A DNA stretch of 63,838 nucleotides, counting the filler, from Choristocarpus tenellus KU-1152 (taxonomy: Eukaryota; Protista; Phaeophyceae): assembly GCA_964200185.2 (NCBI GenBank). It is 11 parts of 11 records of this genome, joined end to end, with 100 filler letters (N's around TTAATTAATTAA, not from the genome) between each part and the next. Parts side by side here need not be neighbours in the genome. Positions count along the whole stretch, not along the records: positions 35,315 to 61,090 come from CAXNAD020000176.1; 10 more parts are not named here. One strand, given 5' to 3'. Made by a program: the position numbers and the translations under genes. Shown here one piece after another: positions 35,433 through 47,889 of the stretch (its first letter is position 1; the number at the start of each line of letters is the position of its first letter). The notes below the pieces were generated by a model that was not told the DNA's origin, did not search any database, and saw only the letters and a program-made list of their open reading frames with translations.

Positions 35433-37565
35433 TATTTTGAATTTTCAATATCTTCGAATAACTACGGGGATAGCAGGGAAGGGGGGCAATACGACAACAG
35501 TTACTAGTATAGGTACAATTATGTTTGTTTTTTCGGAGTGGAGTGAAGCTATATAAATTGCGCTTAGACCTTTTTGAGGTGGAATCGAGGTCCTATTTTT
35601 GTGCACATTTTCTGAGCGTATGATGATTGGAACCCCAAACCAAACGAACATTTGTTGGGGATTAACTGGGTAGCTGGCTGGGCAGTGTCATTGCTGTCCT
35701 CTGAATCGCATGAGAGTGAGCTGTAAGATCTCTTCACTTTTCCGCTGTGTAACTATTTGCAAAAAATGCAATAATGGTAATGGGTCATCTTGCCTTAGAG
35801 GGGGGTGTTATGGAGTATATGGTTGGGGTTCTTTTCACTGTCTTCTGGTTCATGTCCTTTGAGTACTTCAAAAGCAACTGTGCATTTATGAGGATGAACA
35901 TTCACCTTCTCTTCTGCAGCCACACTCTCATGGGGAGTTGACTGCATGTCATGCTTGGAAATAAGTTGTCAGGCAAAATGTTTCAAATTCCCTGAATACT
36001 CAGTAAGGAATAAACAGAGACCCTCCAAGATAGGATAGATTGCATTGCTTCTTTTCGATCTCTTCAAGTAACTACAGAGATAGAAAAAAAAGAAAAGAGC
36101 ATGAAAATAGCCCATGTGAGGTAGAAGGAATGGGTTGCAGTAGTACAATACCTGGAGATATCCACTGCTTTGTGTCAAGCAATAGCCACTAACATCTTTG
36201 TAGAGTAGAGAAACAAATATATGTGGGTAGCCTTTTTGGCAGTGGGGTTGAATACCATTTGAAGTTTTTGTGTACAAGTTGGTCTCACAATTATGAGCCC
36301 TCCCCAATCATATCCAAGCAGGTGGCAGCTGCCTGCCAATAGGAATGAACAAGGAAAAAATGGATAACCCAAACACAAGTGGGTTCATCATCTTCATGGG
36401 GTCACAAAACCAGACTCCAATGCAAATCCAAGGATGAACTCATAGATGTGGGGTGGGGGAGTGAGGAAGATTGCAGTTGAAGAGTTGACACTATGGACTT
36501 GAATCAGACACCAGTGTTGAGTTAGTTCTACATCAACTAATGAACGTACCAGTGTGGTACCTCTATTTCGATGATTGGCAGGGTTAATGTGTGTTTGACA
36601 ATAGTTGCAGATATCCATCACTATTTGTCTAGCAGTGCCTATGAATATTAGAGTGGACTGGAGTTTCTAAGTCGTACAGGGGCAGCTTTTGGGGGTTGGC
36701 AGGACCAAGTGCTGTTAAGATTCTTGCGGGTGAATTTTTAGATGTGCGGTGAGTGCGAGAAATACCCAAATAATAATAATAAATCATTGTTATTATCAGT
36801 AGTAGAATCTTCACCTTAGCCTGGTGACTATACAACCCGTAGTCAGAGGCACTATACACTGCAACCACTGATACAACTAACTGTTGTACTGAAACTAATT
36901 GTACTGCCTTTGTTCATGCCTTGCTTCTCACATGTTGAGTTTAGCCATCCCACCGCTGGTCACTCCATTATGTATTGCAATACACTGTACTGTGAATTAA
37001 TACACTGTACTGTGAATTAATACACTGTACTGTGAATTGCAACTTCATTCCCCTCCGCATCACCTAAACTATGACCCATGCCAGATCTGATCTTGTGCCC
37101 AATACAAACCAAGATTCATGAGTGAAGGTTTGATAACCTCACCAGTACCAGGACCTCAAAACCAGACACGACCACAATCTATGGGGCTTCATTCCAAGTA
37201 GGATATACTTGGGGACCATATAATTCTGTAGACACAGTTGAGCACTAATACATAATAAGAGTAGTCCAAACAAAACAGGCTAATTTAGGAAGGAATGGCA
37301 TCAGTAGGGGTTGCTTCCAAGGTGCTAAATGACCCTCATCTAGTTTGTTTAGATTGCACCTAGTACAAGATTCTTATGTCATACGTCTTATCCGTTTCGC
37401 TGGATTGTTGGCAACCAATACCACAATCAAAGGCATGTACAGTGGCTCTCGGTGGACTGAGAACACTTTTTTAGCACCGATTGGCAACAAAATGGAAGTT
37501 GTGCAAATCAGACATGATGCAGCTCTTCCTTTTGTACAGGGTGTAGTTCTTGCTATGTTTCCATG

Positions 37566-39554
37566 CTACCCGGTATCATAAGCATGCAGTTCTTTTAGCC
37601 CCATGTCCTGTACTTCATACCAGCAAACCACCGATGGAGCAAGGGGGGACTTGCACAGACGCATCTCCCGGTATGCTTTGTGCTGTTCCAGTACAAGCTG
37701 TGGACAGGCAACACCACGATGTTGTGGTAGATGTGAGGTTGTGAATTGTTGGGGAGGAACATACAAGGATTACACAGGGCATTCTCAGCCATGGCTCAGA
37801 ACAACAAATATGCAAAAACAGGATAACTGGGGCGTAAGGGTGATGGTCGTCATCACTGACTTATTCGGCAATTTGCATCCATTGACAAAAAAAAAGAACC
37901 TCACCCTATTTGACACACAGTGGTGCCATGTGTTGCCCAGAGCAGGTGTAATGTATGATCCAACCTTGCCATCAGAATCAGCCTCAAACATGGCACCATC
38001 TGGCCTGGTTTTACTATTTTGAAATCTGTGCGTTTGATTAATAGGTGTAAACCTGGTGGTGACCTGATTGGTTACAAGGACCACAGCATTGAACGTGTAT
38101 GCTAGTCGCCTGAGGTTCAAATGTACAGAAAGAGGATGAGGTCATCAACAAATTAGAGTTGAATAAGATTAGAGTCAGCAGGGCAGACACTAGGGGCAAT
38201 CTCAGCATCTTACTTGAGAACTGCGGCTTGTCGTGTAAGGACCTCTTGCCTGTTCGCCATATCCTCCTTTGCAAAATCCTGATGTTCAAGGAAGTCAACA
38301 AGGTTGGAATGTGGGCATTGACCGGATACAACCACACAAGGGTTGCTTCAACCAGTTTCAGCTGGACAAGTGTCAATCCTGAGCAGTTTTGCGTACCTTT
38401 CTTGCCAACGCAGCAACTGAGTCGAGAATGATGAGACGCTTGTTACCCTCTATGATGAGCATCTGTAGGGACTCGAGTCGGCTTAATAGGTCTGTTGAGG
38501 TATCCACCGCAAACACTGTCACCTGGATGTCATTTTTAAAATATCCATGGGGTGTTACATCGGTAAATATTTTCATATCATTTGACAAATGCAAGGACAC
38601 CGCGCAACTAACCCCCTGAATCATCAGCATATCAGCAAGTGCATAGAAAAACTTGAGGGAAATATCGGACGTCATTGTAAATATGTCGTTGTAGCATGTG
38701 CCTTCCTTTACCTGCTCCAGCAATCGGGTCATACCCTCGGAACGGGACATGTCCACCCCATGCGCATAATACTCTGGTACTCGAGTGCTCGCAATTTCCA
38801 TGAGTCGATCTGGACTGAACTGCCTCGACCGACAAAGGGGAACAAAAAAGATGTGCCACATTGAGTGCTTTCAGTTGGTGCAAAAGCGTACAATTACCCT
38901 TGAAGAATCTGTCGAGGTTCACGATTAAGATATCGAAGTAAAGATATCAAAGTAGACTAATCGCGTTACCCATGCTCAAAGACAGTGAAGAATACACTAC
39001 CTTGCGCTCAGTGTCCAAGTAGACGACGCCTGCTCGCTCGCCCAATCCCCCTAGTCGAGCCGGCAAACAAGCCTGTGCCGCCATCATGAGGCATATTTGT
39101 GTCTTCCCCACACCAGCGGGACCGACCACTTCAGTTATCATCCCGGTAGGGAATCCACCCTGTGTGTGAGAAAGATACGCGGAACATGCGTAAGAACGCA
39201 ATATCTAAGCCTGGAGTACAGCTTGTTCTCTAGATTAACATTTCCAGCTGGAAAGATAAGTCCCCAGATCACCTGCAATGCTTCGTCAATCGTTGTCAGC
39301 CCTGTGGCAAGGAAAAAGCTCCCTCCTTCCCTTCTCTCTCTAAGGAGATCGCTCGCTACACGGGTCTCGGGGGCAACTTTTGACGCCACAAAGCTGAGAA
39401 GGCTGGCTACATCTGCACGGTTGAGATTGAGCAGACCTACGAGTTGTAACTCCGTCTTCGAAAACAAGTCATTGCATGTGTGAAGACCTCCAGCGATCAA
39501 ACGACACACCATATCATCCTCAAGGCCAAGCCTTCGCAACGGTCGATTGGACAT
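37566..39554 (-). CDS. RAD51B: DNA repair protein RAD51 paralog B (358 aa, 7 exons)
   Basis: Exons 39554-39273, 39159-39001, 38819-38712, 38522-38397, 38278-38214, 38109-37905 and 37697-37566, all GT-AG and in phase. Walker A GPAGVGKT, YLDTE, Walker B LIILDSVAA, VLVTNQ, ALGNTWHHCV and KSPLAP are characteristic of RAD51B. Confidence 0.9.
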
Positions 39555-39784
39555 GATGTGACACAATCTTGTACTTTGTTGCTATTTTGATAGTGATACC
39601 TCTACAGTTTTAGTTCGAACCAGAGATACACAGATTTAAATCTCCAGTAAATGCCATCCAGAAGATAACAAACCTTCAAACCAAAATCTTCAGTAGAGGT
39701 GGAAACGAGGAAAGATGGCGTGGGTGGAGAGACTGTAAGGAGCATAGAAGAAAATACTTCGAAAGGCCTCTAACTCGATTTTAA
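39555..39784. promoter_or_regulatory. Putative bidirectional promoter
   Basis: Only 230 bp between the divergent start codons of RAD51B and GPAA1. Confidence 0.55.
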
Positions 39785-42637
39785 ATGGAGAAAGGTAAAC
39801 CATCATCTCTGGAGTCGGGTGTGGGAGTATCAATAGAGAAGAGTCGAGGGTGGATAGCACCAGTTTTAATATATGCTCTCTCAGGCTTCGGTATTGTTTG
39901 GATTTTTCTCTTCCCTGCGGTGACGCTCACCACATCTGAAGCTAAGCCGAGAGGTACGTTCTTTGACGAGAATGCCCTTTTGGTGCACCACACTATGGTG
40001 GAGCTGGGGGATGGAGTGGATTGGGCACACTCGAGAAGGCTGAAAGAGGCTGTCCCACAGGTACGCGTAATTTCTCATTCTTCTCTTGGCTGGAAAACTC
40101 CGCATGGCATGGAAAAATCCCTCCCTAGTGTGATAGAATGAGTGTAAATATTTTCCATCCCCTCATTTACGCCACCCTAGTTCCATTTATGCTTCACAGG
40201 ACGACACAAGAGCGTTGGACTGGGTTTGCAATTTGTTTCACCATTTGGATCTGCCGTGCTATACGCACTCATTCTATGTGAACCCTGTTCAACGGCTGGG
40301 ACTGCGAAAGAGGTGATGATGTAGAGGATGCCTCGAGTGTCTCTTTGGGCAGAAATTTTCCTGGTGTATCTGGTTTCTTGTGTGGAATATCTCTCAAGAG
40401 TATATGACTGGTCATTGGCCTGCCCTATCTATCTCTGCAAATAGGATTCATTTCTTGGCTGCCCCAGGAATGTTATGACTAGCCTAACCACGATATACCT
40501 AGGACTGCTGATCCTTGCACCCAAAGGTAATTTTCGCGTTCCCTTCCTGCTGCTTCAGTGTGTACACTGTGCTGGAGCCAGCATCAGGAGCAGATGGCAA
40601 GGAATGCATGATCGTTACCACGGCCCATGATCTTTCAGGGCCGGCAAAGGATTTGCTGAATGATTCCGATTTCTCAGGGATATCTCTGTCCGTGGCAGCA
40701 CTCAAGCATCTCAAGGATGAGGTTGGTTGGTTGGCGAAGAATGTCATCCTCCTTGTGGCAGATGAGCGCAGGAATGACGACAAAGGGTTCCTGCACCCAG
40801 GTGTAAAAGCCTTTGTGGATGACTACCATGCTGACACGATGAGCCTGCTGGCGAGGTATGAGATCATTCATTTCGCATTTTCTTTTGTCGCACGATAGTC
40901 AAGTGGGCATGGTGTATGCTAGCCCAAACCATGGACGGAGGGTATTGCCCCTTTGATATATCTGTCTAGTATTTGATGTGACAGGCGTGACAGAGATTCT
41001 GCACATGGAAGGGCAGTGCGTCACATGGGAGTGATGAGAGCAGCGATATCCCTTGACTTTCCAAGAGGGGAACAATGGAGTAATATCCAGGTATTGACAT
41101 CAGGTGAGTCAGATCATCTTTAAGTCAGTTTTTGTATGGCTTTCGCTTACATCCTCTGCAATATCTTTTAGGCGTTGTGGTAATGTACTAGTACCTACAT
41201 GACTACATTGCAAGGTCCTTTTCTTGTACTTCAATGCGGTGCAGTGCTCCAGACAGTCTGAGGGATTGTGATACATCTAGGCTGGCATTAGCTTTACAAA
41301 ACCATTATCAGACTGCGATAACTTAACGCTAATTTGTTGCTCCCCTTAGGTTTTAATGGCGAGCTGCCCAATATGGACCTTCTTAATACAGCTGTGTATC
41401 ACCTGGGGAGTTATGGGGTGGGTGTGACACTTGACACGTGTTCTGGTTCACTGCATACAGAAGACCACTCCTGTTCAGACATCGTGGGCAGAGCAAAGAA
41501 TGTTACTATTCCCCTATTAGCAAACTTGAAAACGGGCGACAGAGTTGAGGCGTATATGAAACGTCTCTTCTCCATGCTCGGTTTTATGGGATCTCTGGCC
41601 ATGAGACCAAGTGGACCCCACGCCCACTTCTTGCGGCATAGTGTGGATGCCATCACAATAGCAGGACATGAGTCAAGTCCGATGCAGCCTGACCACCTAG
41701 CAGTCGTTCACCCACGAAACCTCACAACTGCACTGCTTAACATTGTTCGTGGAATGTCCAACTTGGAGGAGGAATTGCACCATTCATTCTTCTGCTACAT
41801 CATGCTCTCCACACAGGCATTTGTGTCCATAGGTATGTCGGGTTGAAGCAGATATGCACGTGTAGCTGGGAATTTGCAGTGGTCCTTTTGTTGTGTACGG
41901 ACAACAATCTCAACAAACTGGGGAGGGGACATTGTTACAGTAGCACTGCTTGTACATATCATTCTCTAACATTTCGACAATCTTTTCCATGTCTGTTCTC
42001 AGGAGAATATGCTTATGCTCTGGGCCTCTTGTTGCTCCCATTAGCTCTACAGGCTGGCAAACTAGTCAGCCCAAAGGGAAGAATCAGGCTCCTTGATTCC
42101 GCCATTGTACTTGGGTGCTTGGAGGGCTATGGTCTGCTCGCCTTTGGAGCTGCACTGGCCAGCCCCCCACATTCTATATCCCAACTGAATCTCTCTATGC
42201 AATGTACAACAATATTGGGGTGGCTGTTGGTGTTGGTGCTGGTACGAGCTAGAGACAAGCGCCAAGGATCTCTAGACTGGGAAGGTCCAAAGGCAGCAAA
42301 TGCATGCTTGGTGCTGTATGCATTGACTGTTACTGCACTGCTCAACTGGCCTCTTTCCTTAATTATTGCTCTGACACATGTCCCCATTTTGATGGCATCC
42401 CGCCCATGGCGCCGTACGGCTCCCCAGTTTTGGTGTATGCTGGCAATAGTGGGGGGCACTTCCCCTGTGACTTGGCTATGGTGGCTTGAAATTGTGACAG
42501 GATCGGGTTCTGATGGAGTGATGTGGATGCAATGGTTGAGGGGGTACCAATCAGTGGGACTGATGAACTTGCCATTGTTGTGTTTAATCTCTATTCCAAC
42601 ACATTTGATTACTTTGTATGTGCTGCTTGCCCAATAA
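39785..42637 (+). CDS. GPAA1: GPI transamidase component GAA1/GPAA1 (640 aa, 6 exons)
   Basis: Exons 39785-40060, 40200-40312, 40559-40855, 40985-41103, 41350-41832 and 42003-42637 in phase. Motifs TFFDENALL, WLAKNVILL, GFNGELPNMDL, GPHAHF...DAIT and RGMSNLEEELHHSFF; N-terminal TM plus C-terminal multi-TM region. Confidence 0.92.
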
Positions 42638-45553
42638 TTGAGCTTGCTTGGAACCGCTATATTATGGAAACATGCGAATATCGTAGAGGCCAAGACTTGC
42701 CAAGATCTGTCTCCTGTGCTTGGGTTTACACATTGATGTTTTGCTTGCTTCACCTGCTTTACACATGAAGTCATTATCCACAAGGAATGCACTGCTGGGA
42801 AGTGATACTTAATCTTGCCTCTTCAAGAATCATAATTTCCTACAGAAATGCTTTGAACTCCAAAATGAAGATCAAAGGATACTTGGGATATTACAGGAGC
42901 ACTTCTTGATTATTGTATTGTAGGTTAGGTCCTCTGGTGATACTCCACATGCTTGTATGAACAATAGTTTTGTGTCAAATAGACTTACCCCACCCCAAAG
43001 CAGATTGATGTAGCCATAGAAAAGACCTACACACTCACCGGATGTATGGATCTCCTTACAGCCTTGAAAACATTTTGTGTACAATCCAGGGAAGAGAAAA
43101 TAGATTATGTGGAGTCAGCAGGATCAGTGACAGACCCGCTGGTTCACTTGCAAGGAATCTGCAACAGCATGACTGCCTGAGGAGGGCCCACGTACATTGC
43201 ACTCCACAAGCCAGACAGCCCACCATCTGGTGCCCCCCCCCCTTGGAAACAAAATGGGGACACCTCTATTTTTGCTTGCTATTTCCTGCAGCAAGAGGTG
43301 CATGCTGGGGTGAGATGAGTATGTGTATTTATTGTGGTAATAATTTTTTGGTCAATTCAAATTGCACGTCATCCTCTGTGTTGGGGTGGCATACACATTC
43401 CCAATACAACACCCAATATTAATATTAATAGAATGCTGTTCTCCAAAAGAACGTTTAGGATATGAATATTTTTGGTCAATGTGTGCTGCAGGAGGGGTCT
43501 CGTGATCCACACTGGTGTGATATGAATCTATCCTTTATTGTGTTGAGAGAATCACAAAGATGAAATGAAATTACACACTGCCTTGTCGCAGAGGCGACAC
43601 TCTCTACGCCTGTGCCATGTAACAGTAATTTCTGACAGTGTAGAAAAAGAATTGTATCAGCATCAGGATCATTTTTGTCAACAAGACCTCATTTCTGTTG
43701 GCGGTGTTCTACTACAATCAATATCTCCTGATTATTTGGGTGTATTTACTTCCCTGCTGGGGGTACAATTGCGGATGCGCTTTGTTCATTTGTTTGAGTG
43801 GACATTTTGAAACATGTTGAATGTAGGAATACATGCTAATAAAATGGATGTAAGCCACAACAAATCCTTTCCAACTGAAGTTAGAGCAACAGCAGGAGGA
43901 CAACCTCATGATCATACTAAGTTTCAACACCAGTTGTGGAGGATGATGAATGCCTTGTGGCCTGTTAGAAATTCAGATCTTAGTTTAATCCTTTCTCATC
44001 ACGGTACTACATTAGTTGCCCAAAAGTTGTCCACCCAACCAGTTCCAAAACTGCACATACCTCCACCGCTTCCAAGTTAAAACCACTTGCCTATGTTGCG
44101 CTGGGGGGTATTCTTGCCTTAGCCCTTCTGGAAGGATGGAAATGAAGTTGAGTGGATAGAAAAAATCAAGAATGCTGTGTTTCGCATCCAGTTTGTGCCC
44201 CCATCTCTTTCTGCCTTGCCTAGAAAGATGTAGGCAAGTGCTATAAATAAGTATTGCCATAACCTCTATTAAAAAAATCCCCAATGTTTGTACGATTGAG
44301 TCCTTCGCCCTCCTTTTGTGCATAGTAGTGTCCTTTAAATCAACAGGAATGTCCCAAAAATGAGCATGCTTCTTTGCACACAAATGCCTTTCTTGCATGT
44401 AGGCTGATCAATAACAAAAACAATCCAAAAGACAACTGGATCATATGGTCACAAGACAATTCTGATTTGGTATAGAGGAATCTCAATCATAACAGTACAG
44501 TGGAAGCAAGATGGGATAATAATAATAGTATCAAACAACATGTATGTACACTCTAATGTGCATGATTTGAGGAAAGATATGTATACAACAGGGAGGATAC
44601 ATGGAAATGAAGTACAGTGCACACGATTGACCACCTCTTCCCCAACCAAGAACAGCTATTCATCGCCAACATGCCATAAGCTACTCAGTCAAGATAATCT
44701 CATTGGACCGCACAATCAACCCAAGGATACCATGTTACAACTAGTTAAATGCTGACATGACCTATAGTAAAATACAATGGAGGCTGGTTCTAGCTGAAAC
44801 TATGAAATCACCGACTCACTACTCTTCTCATGGTGAAACCTACAACCTAATCTTGCCCCATGATATTACCACCTACTTGAGCAATACTACCTACTGCAGA
44901 GTAACAGTAGCGTATGTCTGGAGGTTGAGTTGCCCTGGTGGGGCAATCATGCCTCAGGGTTTCTACATGATCAGATGGTCCTCTGCAATGCTCTTGTCCC
45001 CTTGACTCCATTTTTGTGTACATAGGATATAAACAAAATCTACCTTGGGGCTGCATGTCACATATAGCAACCCCAATCACCTTGGTGGCACCCTTATATG
45101 ACTCACACTTGCAGTTCGACGTCCCACCTGGATCAAGCATGAGCACACAGCATGACATAAACCATGCAGAAGTATGCTATGAACAATTGGAATGAATTGT
45201 AGTTACAGAGGTGTAAAGAATGTGCAAATTCTCAAAACACAAGAATGTACATTTATCCCAACTCTTGCGGCCTTGACAGATACCATTATCTATTTTATAG
45301 AGAAATGTGTTGAAAAGCCTAATCTAAACTCTATTTTATGTTATATTTTTGCAATTTTTCCATAATGTGCAATCCCATTCCCTTTGAACAACACTCGACT
45401 TTGTCAAAACTATGATAGAAATCTTATCTGCAGAACCATGTGAGACTTCCTGGCCAGTTGTGCACTAAGCCACCATGATCACACCGAACATAAAATGTCA
45501 ACAAAACATGTTTGATGTAGGGCTTACTTAAAACCAACCAAGCAAGAACTCAC

Positions 45554-47858
45554 CTTCTTGATCAGCCCAGTGACTGGTCTGTGATGCCTTTCAAGAGCCA
45601 TGTTCTTCCACAAATGAGCAAACTCTTGGTAGTCCACCCTACCATCCCCTGATACATCTGCTTCTAAGATCATTCTATTTATCTATGGAACAAAGAATTA
45701 ATAGGGAGGGGGAAGGGGTTTGGAAGGATAACATTAGGTGCAAATAAAAAATAGGCAGTACAAATAGTACAAGCATTCCCCCCCAATCTGTGCCCATTAC
45801 TGTCTCACTAATAATAGATATAACAAGAGTGACATAACTTCACTATCTTTCATGAGCAACACCAAGAACAGTACTAGCTATCTCAAAAAACATAAATTCA
45901 CCACACATTACCATTAGATTGAAAGAAAGAGTAAAGGCAACTTTTATAGTAATTAATTACTCACAACTGGATCGTAAGGCAAGAGGAGAGATCTGCCAAA
46001 CAAATCTACTCCGGTATTGGATTTAATTGGATATACAACCAAGTAGAGTAGACAAGAGTAGCCTCACCTTCTGAACCATACCACACAGCAAAGCCACAAA
46101 AAATTCCCACCTTTTTCTGTTACTCTGCAACAAGTCCTGTATGAGGCTTCTAGACAGTCAGTAGGTAGGGTGCTCAAACTATAAAAAATCCATCAAAAGT
46201 TGAAGCTGTATTCCTATTGCCCCCCCCCTCCCCCATTATCAATCCCAAACAATCAACAATACATGTTCAGTACCACCACCCTCACCTCCTCAGAATCAAA
46301 ATCGAGTCCACCCACTCGCCTTATCCCTTCGGCAGTCAGGAATCCATTACCGTCTCGATCAAGGTCTTCAAATGCCTGAATCCATTTAGACCCGAGTAAT
46401 GATCAATTCAAAGTAGTTCATACTATTAATAGTATATGGCAAGATCAAGCATCAAAAAAGCCCCAACAGAAATACAAATCCAACATGCATGCACACAGAC
46501 AGGAAGATCATTCATAAGGCAGTCCATGTAACTACTCAGTAAAAACCAAGCCTATATGCGAACAATTAACAAAAACACATTTTTTTGTAACCACCACACC
46601 ATACCATGTCAAATAAGGTATCATGACACATAACAGACAAACAGGTCATGCCAAAGATACGTATCTTGTTCAATGACCACATCCACCGTAAAGGTAACCA
46701 TTAGGACAGTTACAAGAAGCAAACAAGGCAAATTGTCAAAGAGGTTGTTCAAGAAAGAAAGGGTCTTAACACCTTTACCCAGCAATATCCACCCTCCTTT
46801 ACCTGTTGCCCCCTCCATCCCCTCTCCATCATTGGCACCTGCAGACTTGGGCGGCACTCCACACCAAAGATTATGTTGTCAACTTGGCCATTCCCTCACC
46901 AAACAAGACACAACCTTGATTATTGATATACCTTGCTTGACCAATGCACAGGACAGGAGGAGCCCCACACCTGCTCTATTTCATTGCTTCAGTGACACAT
47001 CACAGCTGATGGTCTGAAGCCCTCTATTGACTACTGCATATACAATAAAAAAGCTTGGACCAATAAACCAAACACACACACACACACACAACATGGACTT
47101 GCCTGGTGCAACTTCTCCTCATCAAGCTGTATCCGAGTCCACATGGTAGCCGCAATGAACTGATAATTAAAAAAACACAAAAACAAGAATGACGAGCGAG
47201 TCACCAAATGAGTCACCACTTTCACTCAAGAGGACATTCATGAGCACTTCACTCCAGTCAACAATATTAAAAAAAAAAGTGACATCAATACCTCAATATT
47301 ATAACATATTTCTCATGAGTGGTCACCTCATTGTAGTTGATCTCTGCCGACTTGTTGATATTCACAGCCTTGTACAGCGCCTCTACCTCTGGACCAGACA
47401 CATGCTCCTGTTATGGTATACACAGAGCCAGAAGGACAAGGTGTCAAATGTCAACAAACAAGATAGAAAGAACACCACCATGCACACAACACAAAACTGA
47501 CTAGCCCATCATACAGAGTCATTCCAACAACAGAACAAATATTAGAAAATAGTTCATACGGACAAAAATAGTGTTCACACTGAACTCTGTTATACAAACA
47601 CCTGACACAAGCACACTAGAAATATAACATCAATCCATGGGTCTGCAGTGGACTGTTATTAACAGATTAGTAGTAGAAGCAATCACTGCACACAAAGTTA
47701 TGGATATCTGTAATTGTTGCCATAACGCCTTCCTTCCCTTTTGCCTCTACTTGCAGTACTATATATACATTGGCGGTACATCGTCCTACTGTCCCCCCTT
47801 CCCTTCTATCCATCTTTGTAACTCTTTGAAGAGATGGCGAAAAAACAAGTACATCATA

Positions 47859-47889
<31 letters not shown>

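Noticed and set aside
42127-42792. 221-aa antisense ORF
   Set aside because: Shadow of the GPAA1 last exon.
45411-45428. Candidate terminal CDPK micro-exon
   Set aside because: Several acceptors are possible; cannot be chosen without transcripts.
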